The notes beneath the pieces were generated by a model. It saw nothing but the letters and a program-made list of their open reading frames with translations, was not told the origin of the DNA and made no database searches. A program made the position numbers and the translations under genes. A stretch of DNA of 64,000 nt from Octopus vulgaris (lineage: Eukaryota): NCBI GenBank assembly GCA_951406725.2, contig OX597822.1:6324001-6388000 (forward strand), given 5' to 3'. Shown piece after piece: positions 24,510 through 39,140 of this stretch; the stretch's first letter is position 1; every line of letters begins with the position of its first letter.

Positions 24510-24790
24510 TCGTAGGGTCGCGAGTTCGATTCCCGGCGGCGCGTTGTGTCCTTGAGCAATACACTTCATTTCACGTTGCTCCGGTCCACTCAGCTGGCAA
24601 AAAATGAGTTGTATCTGTATTTCAGGGGGCCAGCCTTGACACACTCTGTGTCTCGCTTAATCTCCCTGAGAACTATGTGAAAGTGTACGCGTGTCTGTAG
24701 AGTGCTCAGCCACTTGCACGATAATCACATGAGCAAGCTGCTCTATTGATCGGATCAACTGGAACCCTCATCGTAAGCGACGGAGTGCTA
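24510..24790 (+). mobile_element. tRNA-derived SINE, family D
   Basis: B-box GAGTTCGATTCCC then GTGTCCTTGAGCAATACACTT; further copies near 6165, 36300, 54040, 55950. Confidence 0.75.
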
Positions 24791-24846
24791 GTATATATAT
24801 ACATATATATATATATATGTGTGTGTATGTTTGTGTGTGTGTGTGT

Positions 24847-24878
<32 letters not shown>

Positions 24879-25008
24879 AAGAGAGAGAGAGAGAGCCCGA
24901 GTGTTAGTATGTATATGGATGTATATGTGAACGACCATGTAACCGTAAGTATAGGCCGATTCTTAAAGGTTAGCTAAGCATAATTACATGTGTAAACAGC
25001 CATGTAAA

Positions 25009-25154
25009 ACACATTTTAACAGTACAAAGAAATCAAATACCAATACCTTTAAAACGGTAACCACTTTAACAGTAGCAGAATCGCAATTCCCCTACATCTA
25101 CACATTCAAAGCAGTTAGCAAGAGGTAGCTCCACCAACAACGCATCTTCATAAA
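25009..25154. repeat. Inverted duplication, copy 1 (pairs with 26611-26756)
   Basis: 146 bp, 6 mismatches counted by eye against the reverse complement of 26611-26756. Confidence 0.9.
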
Positions 25155-25166
25155 GAAAGAAGGAGG

Positions 25167-25201
25167 ATTTAACGTTTTGAGCGGAGCTCTTCGTCAGAAA
25201 C
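25167..25201 (-). ncRNA. Degenerate minimal hammerhead motif
   Basis: Minus strand gttt CUGACGA agagc(ucc)gcuc AAAA cg UU aaat; G12->A consistent with CpG decay; palindromic ACGU. Confidence 0.55.
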
Positions 25202-25457
25202 GTAGGAAAAGGAAAGATCCAAGGAAGGGAAGACGGAGCCAAAGAAAATCGCCAACGATACACACGCGGTTACAATATATCTATATGTATGTATGTATTT
25301 ATGTATGTATGTATTTATGTATGTATGTATGCATGCATGTATGTATGTATGTATGTATGTATGTATGTATGTATTTATTTATGTATGTATGTATGTATGT
25401 ATGTATGTATGTATGTATGTATGTATGTATGTATGTATGTATGTATGCATGTATGTT

Positions 25458-25766
25458 GAATACCCGATCGCGCGGTTAAACCATTGGGAGTGAAGGACTC
25501 CTAGCCTTTGTTAGGGCATCCTTCTAGGAGAAGGTAACTCAGGTAACTGGGATAACTCCGACATAAAACTTGCGGCTCAGTGGTTACCGTTGATGTTGAC
25601 TTGTTCTTCTTTTCAGATTATGGCTGCTGTTGCTTAGTGAGTGGGATTGACTCAGTGCACAGCCTTTCCTCACTTTAAAAAAAATCTTCTTGCACAGGTA
25701 TTGCACGATAATAACATTGATTAAGCTTCGTGCAAAGCCATACTCGATAACGAGCGGGCAGCCACC
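25458..25766 (+). mobile_element. Non-autonomous element resembling an RTE LINE 5' region (family E), partial
   Basis: Near-identical to 42367-42685; contains TAGCCTTTGTTAGGGCATCCTTCTAGGAGAAGG. Confidence 0.6.
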
Positions 25767-25900
25767 GTGTAAGTATGTATAAATGTAATTCTCTTCCTAC
25801 ATTAATTGCACTTCATATTCGAGACTCCCATGAAGTAATGATATATTTATTATTCAGGTACTCGACTATAAGTCAACTGATGATGATGATGATGATGATC

Positions 25901-25933
<33 letters not shown>

Positions 25934-26610
25934 GTGGTGGTGGTGGTGGTGGTGGTGGTGGTTGTGAGCTCTCGCGTCGAAAACGACGTATCAACGTTCG
26001 GCTTTTGCCGATCGACCTGCACCAATAATTTGTTTATGGTGGTTAAATGTCCGTGCCTCACATTAGCCTCACCCTCTTCCTATTGACGCTTTCTGAACAG
26101 GTGCACTACGCACCTCACGTCTAGTGTCGAAGTGATCGCAGACAACGTGAGACGAAGTATTTTGCTCAAGAATACAACGCGTCACTCGGTCTAAGAACTG
26201 AAATCCCGATCGCTCTATCGGGAGTGCAACATCCTAACCACTAAATATATATATTAGATATATATGTATATACACATAAACAGTTATGGTATATTCTCTT
26301 AAGAACATATTAGAGTACAGTATTAAGATCTTCCACTTTCAGATTTCAGAATATGCCATCCGGTTGAAGTATTATACGTAGTTACAGATTTGCATTTGAA
26401 GTCAACAAGGGGGAGTACGCTGCAATTGTTTCTACGCAACATAGTTCTCCAACAGTGCAGGTACTTGATTACGCAACCATTTCCCTGCATTATGAGATAT
26501 AGTTTGTTTCCTCAAGCGATATGCAGATATTGTCTCCGTAGGTTTAAATCCTTGGCTTCAAGAATATCATCTCTGTCTGTCGTCGCCTGAAGTTAGTCGT
26601 AGCCACTGAG

Positions 26611-26756
26611 TTTATGAAGATGCGTTCTTGCTGGAGCAACCTCTTGCTAACTGCTTTGAATGTGTAGATGTAGTGGAATTGCGATTCTGCTACTGTTAAA
26701 GTGGTTACCGTTTTAAATGTATCGGTATTTGATTTCTTTGTACTGTTAAAATGTGT
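26611..26756. repeat. Inverted duplication, copy 2
   Basis: Reverse complement of 25009-25154. Confidence 0.9.
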
Positions 26757-26848
26757 ACTGTTTCCTTTCCTGAGCGTCCAATAACACTGTACTTGTTCCA
26801 CGTCCTCGCGTTGTTGTGTTTTCTATTTGTGTTTTCATGTTTGGATTA

Positions 26849-27180
<332 letters not shown>

Positions 27181-27545
27181 GGTGTGTGTGAGTGTGCGCA
27201 TGTCTTTTTCTGTCGTCTGTCTACACTAGCATACGCAACTGAATAACATTTTAATATTCTGCTAGCCTTAGTATGTCATTTCACACCGTTATTTTGTCCA
27301 TAGATATTTGATTTTCAAAATTTAATCTAAAAACTATATCGTATAATTGATGTAATTTTTTAAAGTGTTGAACATCACAAAACAAACCGCACCCATGATT
27401 CTCGGTGGGAAAAGACTGAAAATATATATTTAGATAACAATTAACTGTAAAATAAACATGGCTAGCTTAAGTGGTAACAATACTTCACGACATTACCAAA
27501 GATTGTAAAAATTAACAAAGTATATATATATATATATATATGTAC

Positions 27546-27587
<42 letters not shown>

Positions 27588-27767
27588 GTTTATATGTTTA
27601 TACACGTATACCTACATATTTCTGTGTTGCGTGTATATATATGCAGTTTTAAATGTCTTATATGCTGTTAAATGTCATGTAAACATACATATATATCTTG
27701 AAGTGTTTTGTATACTTTTAAATAATACACCTACATAAATATGCGTACGTGTGTGTATGTGTGTGTG

Positions 27768-27811
<44 letters not shown>

Positions 27812-28719
27812 CATATATATATATACACACACATACAACTACGTCTTTCTCTTTGCTCTCACTCTTCATACATACATACATATGTATGCATGCATGTATG
27901 TATGTATGTTTGTATGTATGTATATATTTATGTATGTATGTATGTATATATATATATGCTACAACGAAACAACTTGAAGAACTTATTGCTTAATCTCTTC
28001 CTGAATCTTCTTCTTCTTCTTCACTTTTAGTTTGTTTACTCCTTGTTTTCTGATTTATCTTTCTAACGTTGTTATATTTTTTAAAAAAATATATTTCATT
28101 TAGATTTGAAAATGTCTCGTTTATTTTTTCTGTTTACAAGTGTCAGAAAATCACTTTAGCACAGGTTTTCCTGTTCGATAACATTCTAGTGGGGATAGTA
28201 GAGTGTCAAAATTAATGCTTTACAGAATCCAAATTTGGTTATTAAAAATATTAGCTGCAAAATTCCGGTTTCTGTTTTTCATTTTCTTTTTCATACTTTG
28301 GTTTCAAACATTATTGATTCTATGTATACTACACATCTACTGATTAAAAATCTGTTTTTGCATTGCTTTTGTCTTTATTAGGAATAAAAATAACTTATAT
28401 TCCTATAGAAGCGCTGAATGAGACGTTATAACAGCGGAGATTTTTGCTGAAGAATATACGTTGTGTAAATAAAACGAATAGTTTCAACTGTAGATCGAAA
28501 TCAGGACGCGACGTTTTTTTTTGTTTAATTACATCAGTTGTTTTGATTCTATGAAGATAAGATTTACAAAACTCTGTCCCACGCGTCTCCTCTTCTCTTA
28601 CCTATTCCAGCAATAAATAAGCAGGGTAAAAGGAGTCACGAGGAACAAAATTCGTTGAAGGGGTTACATTTCTGAAAATATTTTTGATGAATTTTCCAGG
28701 TGCTGTACAGGTAATAACA

Positions 28720-29880
28720 GTTTACAAATTTGGTACATAACAAGCAATTTTAGTTATTCGATTGCATCAACTCTAGTGCTCAAGGATAGAAGGCAAACTC
28801 GACCTCGCCAGAATTTGAACTCAGAGCACGAAGAGCCGGAGCAAATGGCACTAAGCATTTCATGCAGCGTACTAACAAATATGACAGGTCATCGTCCTCT
28901 TCCGTCGTAATTATACTTTCTACTACAAGCAAATACCTAAATTTTGGGGGAAGGTTGTTAGGCCATTCCATTGACCCCAGTGTTCAACTATTTATTTAAT
29001 CGATCTCAAAAAAAAAAAAAAAAAATAGGATCAAAAGCTAGGTCGACGCCGGCGGAATTTGAGCTCGAAACGAAAAAGCAAATGAAATGCTGCTAAGCGG
29101 TTTTTTGGTTTTTGACTTGCTAACGATTATATCAGCTCGTCGACTTCTTTAGTGATAATAATTAGGTGAAATAGCATACTGAACAGCAAGTTTTCAGCTT
29201 CGTTCCTAGAAATCCCTATAAGATCTTGGTTTCAAATTTTGGCCCAGGGTCAGCAATTCCGGGGCAGGTGTGCAAGTCGATTACATGAAGCCACCACAAA
29301 CAGTACTCAACTGGTAATTATTTTATCGACACCGAAATAATGAAAGGCAAAGTTGACCTCGGAGAAATTTGAACGTAAAGACGGACGAAATGCCCCTAAA
29401 TATTTTGCTCAGCGTGTTAACGATCCTAACTACTCGCCGCCTTAAGGCTCTGTAAAATATTGTAGAATAACTAATCCTTCCTTAATTTGGAGGAAATGAA
29501 GCAATATTGAAGGGTGGCGAAGTCGATTACATCGATCCCACTGCTAAACCGGCAATCAGTTAATCGGCCTCGAGATAAACTCGATCTCGGAGGATCTGAA
29601 GGATCTCGGAGGATTTGAACTGCCGTTAAAGATCTGGTCCGGCTTGATAATTATTCTGCCTATGCAGAATAAACAATAATGGTTTCAAATTTTGACACAG
29701 AGCCTTCGGTTTTGAAGAAAGTTGATTATATAAATCCCAGAGTTCAACTGGTACTTATTTTAAGACCCCGAAAGGATGGAGGATAGACTGGACCTCGGCA
29801 GAATATGAACTCAGAACTTAAAAACGGAGGGATTATAACTAAGAATGTTGTCGTGCTACCGATTCCTCTACATCACTGCA
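28720..29880 (-). repeat. Head-to-tail run of degenerate SINE B units
   Basis: AAAGTCGACCTCGGCGGAATTTGAACTCAG-like motif recurs near 28795, 29040, 29350, 29600, 29790. Confidence 0.7.
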
Positions 29881-30407
29881 CTTACTGACTAAATAGCAAT
29901 CGTTGATCCAGTAGCTCTAAAGGCAGCGAGTAAGAATCGGTGGCTCCGACTGTCGGCGCTTTTAGTTCAAATAACAGTGAATATAATGACGAAATAAATA
30001 TACAGACATATAGACATGTGTGCGTGTGTGTGGATATGTGTGTATGTGTAAGTACGTGCATACACATTTATGTTTATGTGTGTATGTGCATGTACATATA
30101 CATGTTTGTGTGAGTGTGTACGTATGTAGACGTTATGAACGCAGGATGTTTTTCTGTCTATTGTGAGAATATGGCTGCGTGTATTTTCTATTGTTTTTCT
30201 TTTTTTTCTACGTATTAGAGCAACTTTTATTCAACGGTTTTTCGTAGCATCTCTTGCCATTAATAGCCGACGAGAATGCAACGTAGCTCTTCGCTCCGAT
30301 ATTCGAAACTCCGAGTACTATAATGACAACTTACCGTTTGTCCTAAATTATACATATATAGATAATCCTTTATTTACCTAATATCGAAGTGTCCTTTTGT
30401 TGTCACT

Positions 30408-30464
<57 letters not shown>

Positions 30465-30656
30465 AATATATATATATATACGTTTAAATATTTATTGTGC
30501 AAGATTTTTTATGTGAAGTCGTGTGTTGAAACAGATATTGTTGTATTTAGGAATGGTCATTTTGCCAGTTTAGCCAATAAAAACACACGCACTATATATT
30601 TGGTGTTACTTTGCTTCAGTGTTATTTATTTTTTACATTAATCTTAATCTTATTTC

Positions 30657-30701
30657 GGCCAGAGTTCTTTCGTCACACTCCTGTGACCGCATCAGTGGTC
30701 C
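30657..30701 (-). ncRNA. Degenerate minimal hammerhead motif
   Basis: Minus strand gacca CUGAUGC ggucac(aggagu)gugac GAAA gaac UC uggcc; A9->C. Confidence 0.5.
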
Positions 30702-30759
30702 TTTGTTTTCTTCTTACCTATTTGTGTCTCTCCTTACTAACCGTCAGCCATTTTGTATA

Positions 30760-31720
30760 TATTAAAGTAGCACGATTAACAAAATGCCTTGTGGTATTGT
30801 GTTTAATTTCGAATTCAAACTCCACCGAAGTCGGTTTTACTGTTCTAGCTTTTCTGTGTTGAAGAAGGTGGAAGAATCTTTGGCACACCAGGCAAGCAAA
30901 ATGTTTAGCGGCATTTCGTCCGTCTTTATGCTCTGAGTTAAAATTCCGCTGAGGTCGATTTTGCCCTTCATCCTTTCGATGTCAATATGTTAAGTACTTG
31001 TGAAACACTGGGGTCGATATAATCGACTATTCCCCTTCCGCCAAATTTGAGACCTTGTGCCTCCAGAAGAAAAAGATTATTTAAGGCGGCAAGCTAGCAG
31101 ACTCGTTAGCACACAAGGCAAAATGCTTAACGGCATTTCGTCCGTTGCTGCGTCCTGAGTTCAAATTCCGTCGAAGTCGAATCGAATTTGCCTTTCATCC
31201 ATTCTGAGTATCACTGAGTGCTGTGTTCGATGTAATCGACTATACCCCTCTCCCAAAATTTCGGGCCTTGTGCCTATAGTAAAAAGGATTATTTAAGGTG
31301 ATGAGCTGGAAGAAATATCAGCACATCGAACAAAACAATTAGTGGCACTTCTTCCGGCATTTACGATCTGAGTTCAAATTCCGCCGTGGCCGACTTTGTC
31401 TTTCTTCTTTTCGGAGTTTTATAAAATAAGTACCAGTCGACCTCTGGGGTTAATGTAACTTACTAGCTCTGTCTTACAAAATTTCCGGACTTGTGCCTAC
31501 AGGAGAAGATTATTTAACGCGACGAGCTGTCAGAGACGTTATTAGCGCATTGGACAAAATGCTTAGTGGTATTTCATCTAGCTCTTTCCATTCTGAGTTC
31601 AATTTCCAACGGGGTCGACTTGCTTTCATTCTGTCGACGTTGTTAAAATAATGCATCAGTCAAGAAATGGAGTCGATGTGACTTACTTCTCTCCTAAGCT
31701 TGTTGGCCTTCAATAAACAT
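30760..31720 (+). repeat. Tandem array of about five degenerate SINE B units
   Basis: Units start near 30864, 31083, 31295, 31515 (period ~215 bp); most end in TTGTGCCT...GATTATTT. Confidence 0.8.
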
Positions 31721-32849
31721 TTGTGACCATTATTTAATTGTTCAGCTTTGTTTTGTATCCTGCTGCGTTTTATAAAATTACTGTAGCAATTAGAGTTGTC
31801 TCTTTAACCAACTGTCCTGATTTCCCTAATCATTCCTGCCTTTGCGCTACTTTTATAAAGCATTGTCATTCAGCTGTTATTTATGGGATTTTGGATCACC
31901 CTATATCCAATTCGATTTATTTGTAAAACTTGGATATACATCCGAAAGTGTTTGCTTGCCCATGGGAATTCAATGTTCTAATACATTCACTTGGTTCAAT
32001 TTTAATCAAAATATAAACGTCGGCGGTGATTTTCAAAGCCAAATTCCATTTAGCGCTGCAAAAATTCATTATGCAAAAGTTTACATTCGGTAACGTTCAA
32101 GTGAAATTAAAGTTCGCATTAGTGGTTGACAAATGATAATGTAGTAGTAGTAGTACAATAATACTAACAACGAATCCTTGAACCATTTGATATCAATAAT
32201 ATAACATCAGAATAAATTATGTTACTATAAACAAGAGCACTAATACTAAAGATGAGAGGGAAGTCAACGGCAGGAGGAGGAAATATAAAAGTATCAGAAA
32301 AAAATATTCAAAAGACAACATCCAAGTAACAACCAGCTTATAAATATAATATAAAATAGTGTTTATGCATTGCAGCGAAATCTTCCTCAAATCAGTGTTT
32401 GTCACCTTAAGAAGCACGATAGACTAGGGAATGTACTTCTGATCGCTAACAAATGCTAATAATGTAGCAAGGGTGTCCCTCAGCCTATTTCCTTTTCACC
32501 AGGCCATGGTGAGGCTGTGTGTTAAACATGACACACTTTTGCAACAGTCTTGTGTATCTGTTAAATGTAATTAATTTATCTAATTGACAGAGTGTTTGCT
32601 AAATTATTTGAGTATTTTCCATAATAACACTGCTGGCAGATCGATATTAACATAACACAAAGTAGAAGAAGACGACGATGACGACAAAACTACTATATCG
32701 ATACAGGTAGTTGAATGGGTGTCACATTTCAAGTAGTAAATGGTTGGAAATGGATCTGCACACAACACCACAACTACTCTCGTAGTAGTACCAAGATGAC
32801 CAGAGACAAGTAAAATACTAGATATCTGGCTCAGCAGAGCAACGGGTTT

Positions 32850-33110
32850 TACATATGAATTCGCCTTTTCCTAGAGGGTTGCTTTAACAAAGGCCAGTGG
32901 TCCCTCACTTCGGACACCGACCCGCTTATCTCTACATCCCGTCTCTCATACGCCAATTTACCTATATCTGGCTCCCTGACAGGTGCTACTACCCTCGGGT
33001 CGGAGTAGACCCGGGAACAGCTGTGACTGAAGGTGGTTCCACAATCTTCAAAACGTTGAAACTCCTGGGGCAGAGACCCACTACAAGATACGGTTTAAAG
33101 TCATATCCGC
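32850..33110 (-). mobile_element. RTE-related fragment
   Basis: Minus strand GGCCTTTGTTAAAGCAACCCTCTAGGAAAAGG matches the family E motif. Confidence 0.4.
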
Positions 33111-33949
33111 GTCTTTGTCTGCCTCTCTGTCGCTCTCTCTCTCCTTCTATCTCTCCCTATGTATATATGTATGTGTGTGTATGTATGTATATATATATTT
33201 TTTTTTTTCGTCAACGAGCAGAAAAGAGTAAGTTCTTTTTGTCTTCTTTTTTCAGTGCATTAAGAAAAGTGAGAAACTTGACTGCAATATTTGATTATTA
33301 TATAATGCCGATCCAAGATAGAATCAAGGCTAATATCAACAAATTTAATTTTGTTTTGCATGTTTTAGTCTGAGGAGATCCGAGTGTACCCTGGAGTTTT
33401 GCATGTCCTCCAGGCGTTAGTGGGTGAAAGGAAGGAATTACAACGAATACAAATAATGTCTTACAGCAATACGAAACAACACATCACCTTATCAATTTAG
33501 AAGGCGATGACTTGGCAGAGTCATTAGAGCTTGTGTGATTTACATCTCAGCTCTCTCTGCTCCCTAAGTTCACAACCCTTGGAAGCCAACTTTGCCTGAT
33601 ATGCATTCAGTTTTTATAAATTAAGTACTAGTCTATACTTCCTCCATCCTATCACACTCTACCTTTCTGAAAGAAATCAGGCGTGTTCAGACTTGGAGGA
33701 GTATGGACTCTGCCATGTGTAAAATGTCCAACACTCGCCATGTCACGACGACGCTCTTACAATTCCATTGCATGTCTGGATGCCTGCAATAGTGTAGTCT
33801 CCTCCGTTTGAAAAGCAAACGAAACAAGAACAAAGGCAAAACAAAATTTCCTTGAGCCGGACGATGGAAAGGTGTTAATACTGTACTGATATTTCGACTT
33901 ACGTAAAAGGTCGTAACTAAAATCTGGAATAAACTTGTACAGCTTTCTA

Positions 33950-34054
33950 CCGACACTGCTATACATGGCTATTCAATTACACATAATATTTATGTTTTTA
34001 CATTATACTTCGCAATAAATGTGAAGTCTTAGAACGTTTTGATCACACCTCATA
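33950..34054. mobile_element. Mariner-type terminal fragment
   Basis: TTTTGATCACACCTCA|TA is nearly the reverse complement of the terminus at 22763. Confidence 0.4.
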
Positions 34055-34273
34055 TATAATTGCGGCTATCACTGCAATGGCGACCAAAACCAGAACTATA
34101 AAACATTTTCGCTAGACTGTGTGGATTCTGAAGGTTTTGGAGATGTTAATAGTTATAATAAAATAGGTGCCTATCTCTGAGCGAATGTCTCGTTCTATGT
34201 GTATCTTTGATAATGGATGGAAATGTATATGTTTGTTTGTATGTGTGTGCTTTCTGTATGTTTAGATATAACT

Positions 34274-34331
<58 letters not shown>

Positions 34332-34353
34332 TATATATATATATAAAAAATAA

Positions 34354-34386
<33 letters not shown>

Positions 34387-34460
34387 CATACGCGTATATA
34401 TATTTATATGTATATGTATATGTAGGTATGTGTATACATATGTGTGTGTATATGTATACG

Positions 34461-34513
<53 letters not shown>

Positions 34514-34649
34514 GTGTGTATTTGTTTGGCGTGATATTTGTAAGTTTCAGGAAGTTGAGAACGTAGGTGTTTCTATGGGTTTAAAAGGGTGGTGTGTTTG
34601 TGTGGATATATTGTGGAAAGTGCATTTGTGTGACTCAGAGAAATGAATG

Positions 34650-35320
34650 AATACAGATTAAAAATGAAATAGAATTTAAGAGAGAGGTAGAGGTGGTGAT
34701 AGGGAAGTGAGATTTGAAAGGCTAAAGAAAGAAAGCTGCGGAGAGAAGTATCAGTGAAAAGAAGAGTTATAATATCGAGGAAATAACATAGAAACATGTT
34801 AGAGGGCGAACAAAGAGTATGAAACAGGGGAAAACAGTGAAGAAAAGTGTGTGAGAAGGGAATCAGGGGGCAGAAAACAAAGAGAATTAGAGAGGTAGGT
34901 AGAAGGAGGGAGACAGAAAGTTAGTGATAGAGAAAAGAGTGAAATGAGAGAGAGAGAGAGAGAGAGGAGATAGAGAAAGACAAAGAGGAAGTAGTATGTG
35001 ATTAAGAATGAGAAGGATGTAGTAAGAGACTGAGAGAGAAAGTGAGAGATGTAGAAGGGGGAATATGACCTTAGGTTCGAGAAGAAAGAGGGAGTATTAA
35101 AAAAAGGCAGAAGTATAGAGAAGTAGGGTGAGTAAAAATTGATATAAACATTTATATAGAAAGTAAGAGAATATAGTCTATAAAGACAACGAGAAAAAGA
35201 ATGAGAAAGTAAAGGATAAAAATAAATAAATATAGAAGAAAGAAAAACAGAGAGGAGAGCAACAGAAAGAGAGCAAGAAGGTGTGGAGGACAGATAGAGA
35301 GGAAAAGTCGGAAAAGTATT
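34650..35320. repeat. Purine-rich low-complexity tract
   Basis: Strong A/G skew on the + strand; degenerate (GA)n. Confidence 0.75.
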
Positions 35321-35571
35321 TTTTCTGACTTTCATATTCAGGTGAGATAAGTAGTATTATGAGATCTATAAGGTTATGCAGAGATTCAAGGTGAAAAAGT
35401 CGAGGTGAGAAGAGGTGACATGTAACATATGCGTATGCTTCAGGCAGAATGTTGTTGTATGTTTTGTAGTTTATAGATACATCTATTTAGAAAACTATTG
35501 CCGAAGATATGGAGGCAAAAATAATAGAATATCGACATACATACACATACATACATACATACATACATACA

Positions 35572-35656
<85 letters not shown>

Positions 35657-35665
35657 TCATATAAG

Positions 35666-35708
<43 letters not shown>

Positions 35709-35759
35709 ATATGTATGTCGATATTCTTGTATTTTTGCTTCCATATCTTCGGCAATAGT

Positions 35760-35881
<122 letters not shown>

Positions 35882-36299
35882 GTACGTGTGTGTGTGTGTT
35901 AGACACAGGGCAATATTTTAAAAAGTGATGTGGTGGGTTGACTGAATTGACTTGCATATTTTACAGCTTCTTTATTTTATCGGTCTTGTTGGGGAATGAA
36001 AAGGTAAAGCTGCTCCTTGGGCATTTGAATATAGAAAACGTGTAGATCTAACCAGGTACCTGAATGTACGAAACCTGAAAAGAATGAATCGATAAAATAT
36101 ATATAGACGTAACAAAAATACCAGCAGCTGATATGTCACTGACTACACCGTATCTGCGTTGAAGAAAATTTGTTCTTGACGTCCCAAAGTAACCAGAAAT
36201 AAAAAGAAAAAAAGAAAACATTACAGGTAGCCGTCACTCAGACACGAATACGTTTGGTTACAACACCCATATATTCACTAATTGTTTTAGGCTGAAATC

Positions 36300-36575
36300 G
36301 CGTAGCTTAGTGACCAGGGTATTCAGCTTACGGTCATAAGTTCGATTTCTGGAGGTATGTTATGTTATTGCACAGGATACTATATTTCACGTTGCTTCAG
36401 TTCCCTCAGGTGGCAAAAGTAATTCGTGCTTGTAGCATTCTGTGTTATTCCAAATCTCCCTGAACTCTTCGTTATGGGTACAAGAGTGCTCAGCCACTTG
36501 CACGTTACTTTCACAAGCAGTCTGGTCCACTGAGCATATCAACTGAAATTCTCGACTCGTAGCCGACTCGGTGCC
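36300..36575 (+). mobile_element. SINE family D, degenerate
   Basis: GTTCGATT B-box; GAGTGCTCAGCCACTTGCACG shared with 24700. Confidence 0.65.
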
Positions 36576-37434
36576 AAATTGTTTTAGGTGACTCAGTAGA
36601 TATATTTTAGCCTTCTCACTCATAACTCAACGGAACATCCACGGCTGAGAGCTGGAGGGAAAGAGGAATGCATCAGTAACCGCTTCGTATACATTTTCTG
36701 AAGGAAATGCATTTTTCAAGGCTACAACAACGTACAATCTCTGTAGGAAATGAATCTAAAGATCGCGAACGGAACACACCTGATAAATAAGCTACGGGCC
36801 TTCACCACTTGAACAAAAGCAAACGTATCAAAAATATTACTTATAGATCCTTATTGTTACTTAAAATACTTCATTAGTATATTGTAACAACGAACGTACT
36901 AATGATTGAGGAAAGAGATATAGAAAGAGAGAGAGAGAGAGAAAGAGTGAAAGAGTGGATTATATGTTAAATATATGCCTTAGACCTGTTGTTGTCAATG
37001 TGATTAATATATACATCCATCCTACAGTTTAATCCGTTTTGAAGTGCGATGTCTTCGGATTTCATCTTCCTGAATATATGCACATATTCACATTATCGAA
37101 CAGAATTCGAACTAGGAAATTATATTTCTAATACTAAGCTTAGTAGCGCTCTTATTCACGACATCTTTAAACAAAATAGTGTAGCTTTTATGCATATCAA
37201 TAGCATAGTATTACGAGACCCAGTTTTGAAATAATCGTTCGTAAAGTCAATTCTGAGACGTACAATGTACACGATTAATAATATGATACATGCTATCAGG
37301 TAGGGTGAGAGTAAGAAGAGAGACGTGCTCTCTAAATGAATGATATTCGTTTATCATTACGAAACGTTTACAGTACTTATGGCGAACATATGTAATTCTA
37401 TGATGATGAGATTTAAGGTTATTTACCAAATATA

Positions 37435-37641
37435 TACTCTTTCCTCTTTACTCTTTTACTTGTTTCAGTCATTTGACTACGGCCATGCCGGAGCACCGCC
37501 TTTAGTCGAGCAAATCGAGTCCGGAACTTATTCTTTGTAAGCCCAGTACTTATTCTATTGGTCTCCTTTGCCGAACCGCTAAGTGACGGGGACTTAAACA
37601 CACCAGCATCGGTTGTCAAGCAATGCTAGGGGGACAAACAC

Positions 37642-37672
<31 letters not shown>

Positions 37673-37828
37673 AATATATACGACAGGCTTCTTTCAGTTT
37701 CCGTCTACCAAATCCACTCACAAGGCATTGGTCGGCCCGGGGCTATAGCAGAAGACACTTTCCCAAGATGCCACGCAGTGGGACTGAACCTGACACCATG
37801 TGGTTGCTTAGCAAGCTACTTACCACAC
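37435..37828 (-). mobile_element. SINE family A
   Basis: Near-identical to the other A copies. Confidence 0.9.
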
Positions 37829-38920
37829 TGGCTATAAGACCGAAAAACTCGGATGAATGCATACATACTGTCTCTCATTCATCTTGTAGCTAATCTCTCT
37901 CTGTCTGCCCTCCCCCTCTCGTTTAACTGTTACACTAATTTAATTTATAATTAGTCATTTAGAGTAGGTGACTGTGAAGATGACCGATTGTCGGACAAAA
38001 ATTTATGCTGTAGTTATTTACACTCATTTTCGTTCCGAATGCAATCCGCTAAAAGTGAGTTTTAGTTACGTTTCCAAGGATGTACATTTGTAGATCGCAT
38101 CGTGTAAACATTTATATAGTTGTGGTTCAGATTTCACGTTAATCAGCAGTTGTATTATTAATCTATGGAAATGAAAAGGACCTGATATACGGGAAATATA
38201 TAACGATTAGATAAGAAACTGAACTGCATCAAACCCATCTCATCCGTGGTGTCTCCGGAATCACTTTTGTATCAATAATTTATACATTTGGAGAGGGCAC
38301 GTTCCTTGCAAATTTAGATGGTGGCACTGTTTCTGGAGTTCATGATGATGTAGATGATGATGACAGTGGTGGTAGTGGTAGGGGAAATGTTTCCGGTCGT
38401 TGTCATCATCATCATAGTGATGATGATCAGTTCGGCAACAAAGCAATCACCACCCTCATCAACACCACAGCTATCATCACCATCATCTATCTACTTACTA
38501 TTTACGCTTGCTTCGGGAGAAGTGACAGTTCTTCTCAATCATGTATTCCCTTTCTAAAATATAAACTTATTAATTTGTTTAATTAATAGAAGAAATTAAT
38601 GTCGATATATCAGATGTAAAATAATGTCTTTCATATATGATCTCCTTATTTCAGTTTTATACCCAGAAACTGATGTCTAAAAAGACCATCGTTTTGGAAG
38701 GAAATAGTAAATTGAAACGATTAGTTACTTTCTTCAGTTCAAATTATTCCAAATCAGACTTGTCTTTCATCTTTCTATTGAGAATGAGACAAAAACCTAC
38801 AAATAAAATACTGGAATCATATTTAATTATCTACTCGCCTTGTCCAAATTTCGTGGTCCTAGTCCAGTCTTAAACATTATCAATAGAGTAAGTGAAGGTA
38901 ACCATATTTTACTAATACTA

Positions 38921-39140
38921 AGAAGGTGGCGAGTTGGCAAAATCGTTACACGCCGGGCAGAATGCTTAGTGGCATTTCGTCCATCTTTACGTTCTGAATT
39001 CAAATTCCGCTGAGGTCGAGTTTGCCTGTCCTTCTTTTGGGAGTGATTGATAGATTAAATATCAGTCGGGTACTGGGGTCAATGCAATCGACTTATCCCT
39101 CTCCCGAGATTGTAGGCCTTGTGCCAAAAAGGTGAAACCG
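38921..39140 (+). mobile_element. SINE family B (short-tail variant)
   Basis: AAGGTGGCGAGTTGGCA...TTCAAATTCCGCTGAGGTCGA...GGCCTTGTGCCAAAA. Confidence 0.75.
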
